A stretch of 64,000 nt of DNA from Dehalococcoidia bacterium (lineage in GTDB: Bacteria > Chloroflexota > Dehalococcoidia > Plut-88900), in the NCBI GenBank assembly GCA_965197585.1, contig OZ240215.1, positions 2,144,001 through 2,208,000 on the forward strand. Reading direction: 5' to 3'. The notes beneath the pieces were generated by a model. The model saw only the letters and a list, made by a program, of their open reading frames with translations, searched no databases and had not been told where the DNA came from. Shown in pieces: positions 10,315-19,241 of the stretch. Position 1 is the stretch's first letter. Each line of letters opens with the position of its first letter. Position numbers and translations under genes: made by a program.

Positions 10315-11799
10315 ATGACTACCCAATCCCCCGCATTCATAAGCAACGGCCAGGGCTTGGCACCGGTTATTAAGGGAGTGGCCTATTGTCTTGCCCACGT
10401 CCCAGACTTGGTGCGGCTCGGGTCCAAGCCATCCCGGGACATACCCATCGAACCCGGCGTTCTGGACATGATTCATCAGCACCTGCGGGACTTCGACGAA
10501 GCTGTGGCCTACCCTCCACACCAGGTGTTCATCGGCAACATGCGCCCCGACGACCTGAAGGATGTCCCCAAGCCGTGGTTCGATAACCTGACCGCCGATG
10601 CCAAAAGGACCGGCCCATTCGGCGAGGTTATGCCCCAGGCCGAGTTCTACGGCTTGATGAAGATGTGCGACCAGTTCGACCTGATGTCACTGGACGAGGG
10701 TTTCCTTGAAGAGGCCCGCACTACAATGTCAGGCCACCCCCTCATCACCAAAGAAGACCTGGACAACCTTGGTAAGTCCACTCCCATCTCCGAGATCGAA
10801 AAGGCCATAAACGAAGAGGACGCCCTCCCCCTTTACATGGATAAGACCCGACTAGTCGGGTGCCTGCAAAGAGGCCACGAGGAGGATAAATCCCTCGTCC
10901 CCGACTTCCTCATCGAAAACCTCGCAGCCAAGGCCTCCGCCGTCCTCGCCCTCAGGCACCTCTGCAACACTGCCACCAATACGCCCCCCGAGAACATTGA
11001 CTACTTGCTTGGCTGCGGCGAAGAGGCCATTGGTGATAGATACAACCGGGGCGGTGGAAACCTCGCCAAGGCCGTCGGAGAGATGTGCCGTTGCATGAAC
11101 GCCACCGGGTCGGACGTCAAGGCATTCTGCTGCGCCCCGAACCACGCCATTATCGTCGGCGGCGCCCTCATCAAGTCGGGCGTGTTCGAAAATGTGGCAG
11201 TAGTGGCTGGCGGCTCCTTCGCCAAGCTGGGTATGAAATACCGGGGCCACGTAACTCATGAAATGCCCGTGCTCGAAGATGTGCTGGCGTCCATTGCAAT
11301 ACTCCTGGGCCCCGACGACGGTGAGAATCCACACGTACGTCTAGATATGATAGGCAAGCACAATATTTCGTCCGGTATGTCAAACCAGGCCATCACGCAG
11401 GCCGTCGTCATAGACCCCTTGAAGAAGCACGGCCTCAAGATCACCGATATCGACCGATTCGCCACCGAGCTGCACAACCCGGAGATCACCGAGCCCCAGG
11501 GCAGCGGCAACACCCCCAGGACCAATTACCGGATGCTGGGCGGCATGGCGGTCAAGGAGTCGGAGATTGAGGCCTCGGAACTGGACCGGTTCGTTGACAA
11601 ACACGGGATGCTCGGCTTCTCTCCGACCCAGGGGCACATAGCCTCGGCAGTTCCTTTCCTAGGCCACGCCCGGGAGATGATCATGGCGGGCGACATCAAC
11701 CGGGCCATGTTCTATGCCAAAGGGAGCCTGTTCCTGGGCCGCATGACCCAGCTCTCCGACGGCATATCCTTCATGATGGAACGCAACGGCGGCCGGTAA
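10315..11799 (+). CDS. grdC: Glycine/sarcosine/betaine reductase component C, large FabH-like subunit
   Basis: 'AYPPHQVFIGN', 'ENLAAKASAVLAL', 'EEAIGDRYNRGGGNLAKA', 'FCCAP', 'AKLGM', 'ELHNPEIT', 'GFSPTQGHI', 'KGSLFLGRMT..DG.SF'. Confidence 0.92.
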   Translation: MTTQSPAFISNGQGLAPVIKGVAYCLAHVPDLVRLGSKPSRDIPIEPGVLDMIHQHLRDFDEAVAYPPHQVFIGNMRPDDLKDVPKPWFDNLTADAKRTGPFGEVMPQAEFYGLMKMCDQFDLMSLDEGFLEEARTTMSGHPLITKEDLDNLGKSTPISEIEKAINEEDALPLYMDKTRLVGCLQRGHEEDKSLVPDFLIENLAAKASAVLALRHLCNTATNTPPENIDYLLGCGEEAIGDRYNRGGGNLAKAVGEMCRCMNATGSDVKAFCCAPNHAIIVGGALIKSGVFENVAVVAGGSFAKLGMKYRGHVTHEMPVLEDVLASIAILLGPDDGENPHVRLDMIGKHNISSGMSNQAITQAVVIDPLKKHGLKITDIDRFATELHNPEITEPQGSGNTPRTNYRMLGGMAVKESEIEASELDRFVDKHGMLGFSPTQGHIASAVPFLGHAREMIMAGDINRAMFYAKGSLFLGRMTQLSDGISFMMERNGGR

Positions 11800-11881
11800 C
11801 CTGTATCCAGTGTAGAATTAGGCCGTTACGACGCTATTTTGAGATTGGTTGGAACGTTTACTGAAACTCAGGAGGTGCGCC

Positions 11882-12340
11882 TTGGATTTTAAAGGTATGA
11901 AGGTGATCGCCATAGGAGAGCGGGATGGCGTCCAGGGCCCGGCTATTGCCGAGGTGGTACGCAGCGCTGGGGCGGAGGTGATCCTGGAACAGACCCAGTG
12001 CTTCGTCTGAACTGCCGCAGGCGCCATGGACCTGGATGGTCAGGCAGAAATTAAGAAGGCTATAGAATCCAACGGCAAGGACAACGTTATAGTCGTCCTC
12101 GGTTCGCCCGACGCTAACAGCGCCGAGCTCTACGCCGAGACCGTGACCCACGGTGACCCGAGCTGGGCCGGCCCCCTGGCAGGCGTTCCTCTGGGACTGC
12201 CGGTTTACCACGTCGTAGAACCCGTGGTCAAAGACGCTGTGGACGCCGGTACGTACGATAAGCAGGTCGGGGTCATGGACGTGGCCCTGGAGAAAGACCT
12301 CATCACCGCCGCCCTGGACAAGGTGCGCAACAAGAGCTAA
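11882..12340 (+). CDS. grdA: Glycine/sarcosine/betaine reductase selenoprotein A; Sec at TGA 12008-12010; 152 aa
   Basis: AGGAGG RBS then TTG; 'KVIAIGERDGVQGPAI...TQCFV-U-TAAGAMDL...AETVTHGDPSWAGPLAGVPLGLPVYHVVEP', classic CxxU motif; weaker hairpin at 12012-12047. Confidence 0.95.
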
Positions 12341-12359
12341 GCCCCGATCAGTGGCCTAC

Positions 12360-12467
12360 CCCTCTGTGCATGGGGAGTCCAGAGGGGTAATACCTCTTTG
12401 GTGGGGGTTTGGGGGTATCCCCCAAACCACTTATATTTTCCCTTCCCTCTTTTGCAAGGAGAAGGGA
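12360..12467. repeat. Intergenic palindromic (REP-like) cluster
   Basis: Consecutive hairpins 'ccagaggggtaatacctctttgg', 'ggtttgggggtatcccccaaacc', 'cccttcc...gagaaggg'. Confidence 0.5.
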
Positions 12468-12510
12468 CGCAGCAGTAAAGAAGTCAATCTCGCCATTCAC
12501 CTAAGGAGGC

Positions 12511-13254
12511 ATGACGATGGAGAACAGGAAGAGAGTCGGAATGATGATGCCCTCGGCGGATGGCACCGCCGAGCCTGACTTTCAGATGGTACTCGCTCCC
12601 AAGGGCGTAGCCGTGCACGGACACCGGCTCTGGCAGGGCGACAACCGCCACGATCCCGAAGAGCACTTCGGTAAAATGAACTCTGAAATCGAGTCCGCTG
12701 CCCGGTACTTGTCCTCCGTCCGCCTGGACGCCATAGCCTACACGTGCACCACCGGCAGCTTTTTCAAGGGACCCGGGTGGGATCAGGAAATGCTGCAGAA
12801 GATTAAGGGTGCGTCGGGGGTGGAGGCATTCGCAACTACTCCTTCGGTCGTGAAGGCCTTGCAGTTCAAGGGGGCCCGCAAGATCTCGGCCATCACTCCC
12901 TATCCTGAGTGGAACAACATAAAGCTCAGGGAATACATGGAGGCCAGGGGCTTCGAAGTCCTGAACGTCGACGCCCACCCCAAGCCGTCCCTGGGCGAGA
13001 TCATGGCCTACGAACAGGAACCCGACGAGATAGTCGAATACGGCATCGAGAAGTGCGACCCCGACGCTGACGTCCTCTTCTGCTCCTGCACAGACTGGCG
13101 GTCCATGGAGGCCGCCGAGCGTCTGGAGAAGGAGACCGGCAAACCGGTCGTCACATCGAACCAGGCCACCATCTGGCTCATCCTCCAGCACCTTAGCATA
13201 GATGAGCCGATAAAGGGCTTCGGCAGTCTGCTGGAGACCCCCGCCCCGGCCTAG
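12511..13254 (+). CDS. Asp/Glu racemase / maleate isomerase family protein
   Basis: 'VGMMMPS', catalytic Cys pair 'YTCTTGS' and 'CSCTDW', 'ITPYP', 'KPVVTSNQA'; TAAGGAGG RBS. Confidence 0.9.
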   Translation: MTMENRKRVGMMMPSADGTAEPDFQMVLAPKGVAVHGHRLWQGDNRHDPEEHFGKMNSEIESAARYLSSVRLDAIAYTCTTGSFFKGPGWDQEMLQKIKGASGVEAFATTPSVVKALQFKGARKISAITPYPEWNNIKLREYMEARGFEVLNVDAHPKPSLGEIMAYEQEPDEIVEYGIEKCDPDADVLFCSCTDWRSMEAAERLEKETGKPVVTSNQATIWLILQHLSIDEPIKGFGSLLETPAPA

Positions 13255-13336
13255 TTACTGGCAGGGGCGCAGCTAAAGTCTTCCTTTTCTTGACTCAAGC
13301 TGCTTAGCCAACGGGTGCGAATCCCGCAATTTGGAC

Positions 13337-13789
13337 TTATCCAATCTCCAGCGGATTCAGGACCGACAGGCCTTCTAGTTGGGCCGCATCGCAAAGGCGA
13401 GCATCTGCGCAGACAAAGGTAACGGGTGGAGGGACACCATGACAGGCAGCCAGACAACCGGCAAGTTGAATGGCATCGTAAGCCTTTAGCGGGTGTCGGT
13501 CTAGCAACCGAGCAGCCTCTTCAATAACCTCAGACCCCGATGGCTGAATCAAGAAGAGCGACGACCTGTCTTCTTCAATCTGCTTTAGTATCAGGCTAGC
13601 GTCCGATCCACTAATGTCCTCCTCCCTCTCGCGTCTGCGAATTGCAGAACGGGCCTCGACCGCGGTGAGGTCCAAAATGATTAAGTGATTGTCCTCGTCA
13701 CCTCGGGCCAAGGACAGCACTTCGGCAGTCCCCTCTTCTTCAACGTAAAGCTTGAGCAGTGCACTCGTGTCAAAGTAGAAGCTCGCCAT
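13337..13789 (-). CDS. vapC: VapC PIN-domain toxin
   Basis: 'FYFDTSALLKLYVEEEG', 'LKAYDAIQLA', 'FVCADARL..AA..EGL.VLNP'. Confidence 0.9.
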   Translation of the reverse strand: MASFYFDTSALLKLYVEEEGTAEVLSLARGDEDNHLIILDLTAVEARSAIRRREREEDISGSDASLILKQIEEDRSSLFLIQPSGSEVIEEAARLLDRHPLKAYDAIQLAGCLAACHGVPPPVTFVCADARLCDAAQLEGLSVLNPLEIG

Positions 13790-13799
13790 CGGTCTGAGA

Positions 13800-14462
13800 T
13801 CAGCGCCTATCGCTGACTACGGTGTCGGAGATGGCGCCGCCTCGGATACGTATCGGCTTGAATGACGTCCTGAGCGAGGGTTTATCCGTTTGAAACCGAG
13901 GATGACGCCGATTAATGCGTATCGCCGTGACTGGGCGCATCGGCTCTTTAGGGTTGGGCACTTGGCTGGTCAGGACCAGGTTCTCGTCCGTGGCTCGGCG
14001 CAGCACCGAGGCTCTATCGCTCGAATATCGCGCCCAGGCATAATCACACTTGGGAAGGAACTGTTCCCGGAACCACTCGAGTCCCACGAAGGGCTGCATC
14101 CGTTCTGCAGTCCTGAGCTCGTCGATAAGCTGGTCCAGTGCCGTTTCACTGTCGAACTCGTGCGTCTCTTCCCCGGACTTAGCGTTTCCGTCTTCCTCTT
14201 CGGAAGGTCCACTCTGCAATTCATCCAGCGGCACGAACCTGATGGACACCTCGCAGGTGTCCGGATCGAAGTAGCTGGCAGACGCATCTTCACGGACCTT
14301 CCTGCCCACCTTCCCGTTAGGAGCTACGTTGCGGATCCCGACTTTAGCTCTGTGGGTATCCAGTGGGAGGTGGCGTAGCCCCTCTAATTCATCTGGAAGC
14401 GGCACTATGGGCAGCTTGGCAAGACTGTCTTCTATCTTCTTCTGTACGTCCCTGACTTGCAC
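13800..14462 (-). CDS. Hypothetical protein with antitoxin-like C-terminal tail
   Basis: Directly upstream of vapC; ends 'FKPIRIRGGAISDTVVSDRR', like PIN-neutralising tails; GGAG RBS. Confidence 0.6.
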   Translation of the reverse strand: MQVRDVQKKIEDSLAKLPIVPLPDELEGLRHLPLDTHRAKVGIRNVAPNGKVGRKVREDASASYFDPDTCEVSIRFVPLDELQSGPSEEEDGNAKSGEETHEFDSETALDQLIDELRTAERMQPFVGLEWFREQFLPKCDYAWARYSSDRASVLRRATDENLVLTSQVPNPKEPMRPVTAIRINRRHPRFQTDKPSLRTSFKPIRIRGGAISDTVVSDRR

Positions 14463-14660
14463 TACTCCACCCCCTGCGTACTGACAAAAGTTAACTCGAT
14501 ATTAACTTAATATTATCTATATATTTGCTCACGGTACGCTTTGTCCGAATTCTTGTCAACTCACTCGCCCCATCCCCCGGATTGCTTTTGTCTGCTATTA
14601 TCCTAACGGGCAAAGTCGAGAGACTGAGCGAGACCCTTGGAAATCTAAGGAGGCACCTCC

Positions 14661-15404
14661 ATGAACCTACGAAGAAGAATTGGATTGATCATGCCGGCCC
14701 AGGACTCGACCAGCGAGCCCGACTTCTCGATGGCCCTGGGCCTGAAGGACTACTCCATCCACGGTCAGCGCATTTGGGACGGCTTCGACATCTCCGGCGC
14801 CGCACGCATGGACAGGATGAACACCGAGATCGAAACCGCTGCCAAGTACCTGACCCAGGCCGAGGTAGATGCCGTAGCCTACTGCTGCACCACCGGCAGT
14901 TTTTACCGGGGCCCGGGCTGGGACGTAGAGATCATCGAAAAGCTGGAGGCCGCATCGGGAGTTCCCGCAGTTGCCACCACGCCCTCCGTTGCCGCCGCCC
15001 TTTCCCACATAGGGGCCAGGAAGATATCCGTAGTCACGCCATACCCACAGTGGAACAACGACAGACTGCGGGAATACTTCACTGCCAAGGGCTTCGAGGT
15101 CCTGAACGTCGACACCCCCGCCGACGCCTCTAATTTCGGCTTCAACATGTGTAACCACGACCCGGAGACCGTCCTCGAATTCGGCGTCGAGCACTGTCTT
15201 CCGGAGGCCGACACCCTCCTGGTCTCCTGCACCGGCTGGCGTTCCCTGGAGGTCGTCGAGGAGCTGGAAGCCCGCACGGGCAAGATGGTGGTGACGGCAA
15301 ACCAGGCCTCCATCTGGTGCCTGTTGAACAAGATGGGCTGGGATGCTTCAATAAGCGGCTGTGGCGAGCTCCTATCAAACAGGGCGCCGGCGGCAGTGGG
15401 GTAG
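14661..15404 (+). CDS. Asp/Glu racemase / maleate isomerase family protein (paralog of 12511..13254)
   Basis: 'YCCTTGSF.RGPGWD', 'VSCTGW', 'VVTANQA'; TAAGGAGG RBS. Confidence 0.9.
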   Translation: MNLRRRIGLIMPAQDSTSEPDFSMALGLKDYSIHGQRIWDGFDISGAARMDRMNTEIETAAKYLTQAEVDAVAYCCTTGSFYRGPGWDVEIIEKLEAASGVPAVATTPSVAAALSHIGARKISVVTPYPQWNNDRLREYFTAKGFEVLNVDTPADASNFGFNMCNHDPETVLEFGVEHCLPEADTLLVSCTGWRSLEVVEELEARTGKMVVTANQASIWCLLNKMGWDASISGCGELLSNRAPAAVG

Positions 15405-15439
15405 ATGCGGAGCTAATTGGCTAACCGGAATCGAGGTGC

Positions 15440-16558
15440 GTGTTGGCGGAATACAAGGTCATCTCAGCAGACTCTCACCTGAACGAGCCCCAGGAGGTCT
15501 ACGACCGCCTCCCCGCCGAGTACCGTGCCCGCGCCCCGCGCATCGAGGTGCGGGACGACCAGCGTTACATCATCGTCGAAGGCCAGGGCCCGGCTCGTAT
15601 CGAGGCGCCCAATCCTCTCAAAGAGGATGATATGAACCGCTACTGGCGGGATGACGAAGAGGTAGGCCGCGTCATGCACCGGGCCGGAGGCACGGATATC
15701 CCTATCCGCCTTGCCGATCAGGAAACCGACGGTGTCAGCGCCGAGGTCATCTATCCCCACGGCACGTTCCACACCTTCTCCTCCAAGGACCCGGGGTTCC
15801 AGCTAGCCCTGTCCAGGGTCTACAACGACTACTACAACGAGGTCTTTGGCCCGCACCCGGACCGCTTCGTAGTCTCCGCGGTCGTCCCAACTTTGGATAT
15901 AGAAAACGCTGTTGAAGAAGCCACCCGGGTGGCCAATATGGGCTTTCGCTCGGCTTCCATACCCATAAGCATGCCCATGCAGCCCTACAACGACTCCGTC
16001 TATGAACCCTTCTGGTCGGCAGTTGCAGATGTGGGAATACCCCTGGCCCTGCACGTCTTCACCGACGGCCCAACCGGCGAAGACGCCCCCACCGAGGTAA
16101 AGCGCTCCCGTCCGGGAGAGGACCTCGCCGGAGAAGTCGTAGAGATGGCCGCTGCCATGAAACCCCTCTGCCTGCTAGTGGCTTCCGGCGTGCTGGAACG
16201 GCACCCGGGCCTGAAGTTCGTGCTGGTCGAGTGCGGTATCGGCTGGCTGGCCTGGGTCCTCCAGACCCTCGACGAAATGCACGAAAAACGACACATGTGG
16301 GTCGAGCCCCGCCTCCCGGACAGGCCCAGCGACTACTTCCGCAGGCAGGGCGGCGCCACCTTCGGAGATGACCTCGTCGGTCTTCGTATGCGAGACGTGA
16401 CGGGTGTGGAGAGCCTGCTCTGGGGCAGCGACTACCCCCATGACGAGGGCACTTTCCCCCACTCCAGGGAGGTTATAGAGCGCACCTTCAAGGACGTCCC
16501 TGAAAATGAAAAGCGGATGATTGTCGGTGGAAACGCCGAGAGAATTTACGGCTTCTAG
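15440..16558 (+). CDS. Amidohydrolase 2 family protein
   Basis: 'ISADSHLNEP', 'YEPFWSA', 'LALHV', 'VECGIGW', 'LWGSDYPHDEGTFP'. Confidence 0.9.
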   Translation: MLAEYKVISADSHLNEPQEVYDRLPAEYRARAPRIEVRDDQRYIIVEGQGPARIEAPNPLKEDDMNRYWRDDEEVGRVMHRAGGTDIPIRLADQETDGVSAEVIYPHGTFHTFSSKDPGFQLALSRVYNDYYNEVFGPHPDRFVVSAVVPTLDIENAVEEATRVANMGFRSASIPISMPMQPYNDSVYEPFWSAVADVGIPLALHVFTDGPTGEDAPTEVKRSRPGEDLAGEVVEMAAAMKPLCLLVASGVLERHPGLKFVLVECGIGWLAWVLQTLDEMHEKRHMWVEPRLPDRPSDYFRRQGGATFGDDLVGLRMRDVTGVESLLWGSDYPHDEGTFPHSREVIERTFKDVPENEKRMIVGGNAERIYGF

Positions 16559-17465
16559 TCTAATACTCCGGCCGCTCCCCTTCCTGACCTTGGCGGTTGC
16601 CCTGCTTCTGCTCCTTGCCTGCCGTCAGCCCCTTGACCCCGGTTTCAAGTTCGTCCTCGTCTCCCAGGAAGTCTCGGTCGACCAGGCCCGATTCACCTTC
16701 GTCCTCCTAGACCAGTCTGAACACGCCATCGAAGATGCCCGTGTCAGCGTCGAATTCCAGCCCCCCGGTGACCACCCTGCACCCCCGATAGCGAATGCCG
16801 TCTACAGAAAGATCGTACTGGAAGACGTACGGATGTCAGCCTCCGAGTGGTATGAAGCCGACGTGGAGCTCCGTGGCATCTACGCCATAGACCGTCCCCC
16901 CTTCAACAGGCCCGGCGAATGGGAGCTGAGAATTTCTATCCTGCATGGCGATAGTAAATCTCCGGTGGAGATAGACGTAGTGGTGCAGGTTTTGGAAGAA
17001 AGTTCGACGCCGAGATTGGGCGAAAGAGTTTCGCCCATCGAGCACAGGACTGCCGCCGACGTTGCAGATATCACCGAGGTCTCCACCAGTCCCGATCCCC
17101 TCCCCGAGATGTATCAGACCTCCGTGGCAAATGCGTTGGCACAAGGTCAGCCCTTCCTGATAATCTTCGCCACCCCCGCATTCTGCCAGAGCCGCATCTG
17201 TGGTCCCGTCGTCGATACGGTAGCTCGGCTCATCCCTGAATACGGAGAAGACATCGCATTCATCCACATCGAGCCCTACGACCTGGATCTCATTCGTGGA
17301 GGCGGCAAGTTTGAGCCTTCTGCGGAGGCCAAGGCCTGGGGTCTGCCCAGCGAGCCCTGGGTCTTTCTGGTCGACGCCTCGGGCCGATTGACGGCCAAGT
17401 TCGAAGGTATTGTCACCCTCGAGGAATTGGACAAGGCTATCCGGGCTACTCTCGACCAAGGCTAG
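16521..17465 (+). CDS. Putative lipoprotein with thioredoxin-like C-terminal domain
   Basis: Lipobox 'LLLAC'; 'IIFATPAFCQSRICGP', 'WGLPSEPWVFLVD..G...AKFEG'; start uncertain. Confidence 0.7.
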   Translation: MSVETPREFTASSLILRPLPFLTLAVALLLLLACRQPLDPGFKFVLVSQEVSVDQARFTFVLLDQSEHAIEDARVSVEFQPPGDHPAPPIANAVYRKIVLEDVRMSASEWYEADVELRGIYAIDRPPFNRPGEWELRISILHGDSKSPVEIDVVVQVLEESSTPRLGERVSPIEHRTAADVADITEVSTSPDPLPEMYQTSVANALAQGQPFLIIFATPAFCQSRICGPVVDTVARLIPEYGEDIAFIHIEPYDLDLIRGGGKFEPSAEAKAWGLPSEPWVFLVDASGRLTAKFEGIVTLEELDKAIRATLDQG

Positions 17466-17468
17466 GGC

Positions 17469-17663
17469 CTAGTGGAACGGGCAGACCCAGATAGCGGTGT
17501 TCTCGTACCAGTCCGTGTCGTCCCCACTCGACTCTGAATAGTCGTACCCCACAACCGGCTTCCCGCTCAGCGCGTTCTCCGCAACGGCATATGACCCCCC
17601 AAACAGGATCGCCAGCACAATCAACAGGTGTATCGTCGGAAGGATGAGCAGTTTCTTATTCAA
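17469..17663 (-). CDS. Small hypothetical membrane/secreted protein
   Basis: N-terminal hydrophobic segment, ends 'WVCPFH'; fits the gap between genes. Confidence 0.5.
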   Translation of the reverse strand: MNKKLLILPTIHLLIVLAILFGGSYAVAENALSGKPVVGYDYSESSGDDTDWYENTAIWVCPFH

Positions 17664-17754
17664 AGTCCTGCACCAAGTCGCGAGGCACCAACCTTCAGAG
17701 AATCATATCACTTGGTAAGGAGAGTATGAGCAGGCACAATGCACCTGCTTATAG

Positions 17755-18756
17755 TCAGGTTCCCTGGGACGGCGAGGCGGGCTCCAAAGGCGCAGAGCGG
17801 GTGGCGGAGCAGACCACCTTTACTTTCCCGGCCCGAGTCCTCAACGCCTCTTTCAGGTCCAGGGGGTGTAGCACGTACACGTCGTAGGCAAGGCGCAGCT
17901 TGCGCATCAGGTTTATGAGGTACCAGCTTGCGTCGAAATGCCACCACCGTAGACCGTGCTGCGCCGACCGCGGCGAGGCGTGATGGGTGTTGTGCCCCCC
18001 CTCCCCGAATCCCAGCAACCCTATTAGCCAATGGTTAGTGCTCTGGTCATTGGTGTTGAAGGGTCGGGCCCCGAATACGTGGCAAACCGAGTTCACCGAC
18101 CACGTCACGTGATGTGTCAGGAACACCCGGACCAGCCCTGCCCACAGCAGTGCACTCCATCCGCCGATTAGGAAAGGTATCACGAGGCTCAGGGCACACC
18201 AGATCAAACTGGTGCGATGGATGAAGACCATGGCCCGGTCGTTGACCAGGTCTCGGGCCCATCTGTTGTTGTCGGGCCTCTTCGTCCCGAACATCCAGCC
18301 GACCTGCGCATGAACGAACCCCTTCAGCAGATTGCTGCTCAGCTGGGGGCTGTGGACGTCCCCTTCCTGGTCGGAATAGGCGTGGTGCTTCCGGTGAATC
18401 GCCACCCACGAGATTGGCCCCCCCTGCCACGACATCGTTCCCAGGATAACCAGGAGCAGCTTTAGCGGCGTATGGGTCTTGAAGCTCCCGTGGGCCAGGT
18501 ACCGGTGAAACCCAACTGTAACCCCGAGCCCAACCAGGACGTATATTACGAACAGCAGGGTCAAGTCCAGCCAGTCCACCAGGCTGCCCCACGCCGCGTA
18601 TATCGCATATACCGTCGCCGCCAAAGGCACGAACACTAGTATGCTGATGGCCACCTTCTGGTATATGTCCTCAAGGCGGCCCGTTTGCCCAGTGTTGCCC
18701 TGTCGGAACGGGTCTGCCGTAAGTTTCCGGGATATCATCTCCGCTTTTCCGCGCAC
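17755..18756 (-). CDS. Acyl-CoA (delta-9-type) fatty acid desaturase
   Basis: His boxes HRYLAH, HRKHH, HNTHH; 'TWSVNSVCH', 'FGEG'. Confidence 0.93.
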   Translation of the reverse strand: MRGKAEMISRKLTADPFRQGNTGQTGRLEDIYQKVAISILVFVPLAATVYAIYAAWGSLVDWLDLTLLFVIYVLVGLGVTVGFHRYLAHGSFKTHTPLKLLLVILGTMSWQGGPISWVAIHRKHHAYSDQEGDVHSPQLSSNLLKGFVHAQVGWMFGTKRPDNNRWARDLVNDRAMVFIHRTSLIWCALSLVIPFLIGGWSALLWAGLVRVFLTHHVTWSVNSVCHVFGARPFNTNDQSTNHWLIGLLGFGEGGHNTHHASPRSAQHGLRWWHFDASWYLINLMRKLRLAYDVYVLHPLDLKEALRTRAGKVKVVCSATRSAPLEPASPSQGT

Positions 18757-18871
18757 TCCTTCGGGGTTCTAATTACTGGAATTCTACATGCCTATGGGCT
18801 TTAGCCCGAGCGTTCCGGCACACGAGCGAATTCAGTGCCTTAGTCTCAGGACAAGCCCTTACGCTCGTCTC

Positions 18872-19162
18872 TTAGCGGTCCAGTGCTTCGTATACTTCCA
18901 GATCGTAACTGAGCAGGTGGGGCCGCATCTCGGCATCGTCCGTGTAGACCGACGCGGGAATCTCGTCGGCGCCTGCAGGCTTGATTGCGTCCTGCATCCA
19001 TTCGCAATATACAACGTCGGTGTCCCCGCCTAACATGCCGATATAGATGGTGGCCTTGGGCCTGCCATTCTTCTCGTAAGCTGCACAGATCTTGTCCAAA
19101 ACGGCAGCCACGTCCCCAGCCTTGCCCGGTGCTGTCCTGCAAACTCGCCTTACTAAATACAT
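18872..19162 (-). CDS. Small hypothetical protein (dimeric alpha-beta barrel/NIPSNAP-like)
   Basis: AGGAGG RBS before 'MYLVRRVCRTAPGKAGDVA'. Confidence 0.6.
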   Translation of the reverse strand: MYLVRRVCRTAPGKAGDVAAVLDKICAAYEKNGRPKATIYIGMLGGDTDVVYCEWMQDAIKPAGADEIPASVYTDDAEMRPHLLSYDLEVYEALDR

Positions 19163-19241
19163 TGCCGCTCCTCCTGTTGTTCTCTTTAAGTCTTGTCCGA
19201 CTGACATTTATGCTATCACAGTGCCCCCGCCCTCGACTCCC

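Noticed and set aside
8973-12340. grdB and grdA as pseudogenes or split ORFs (track ORFs ending 10040 and starting 12026)
   Set aside because: The TGAs fall exactly at the known Sec positions, homology continues in frame, and hairpins follow
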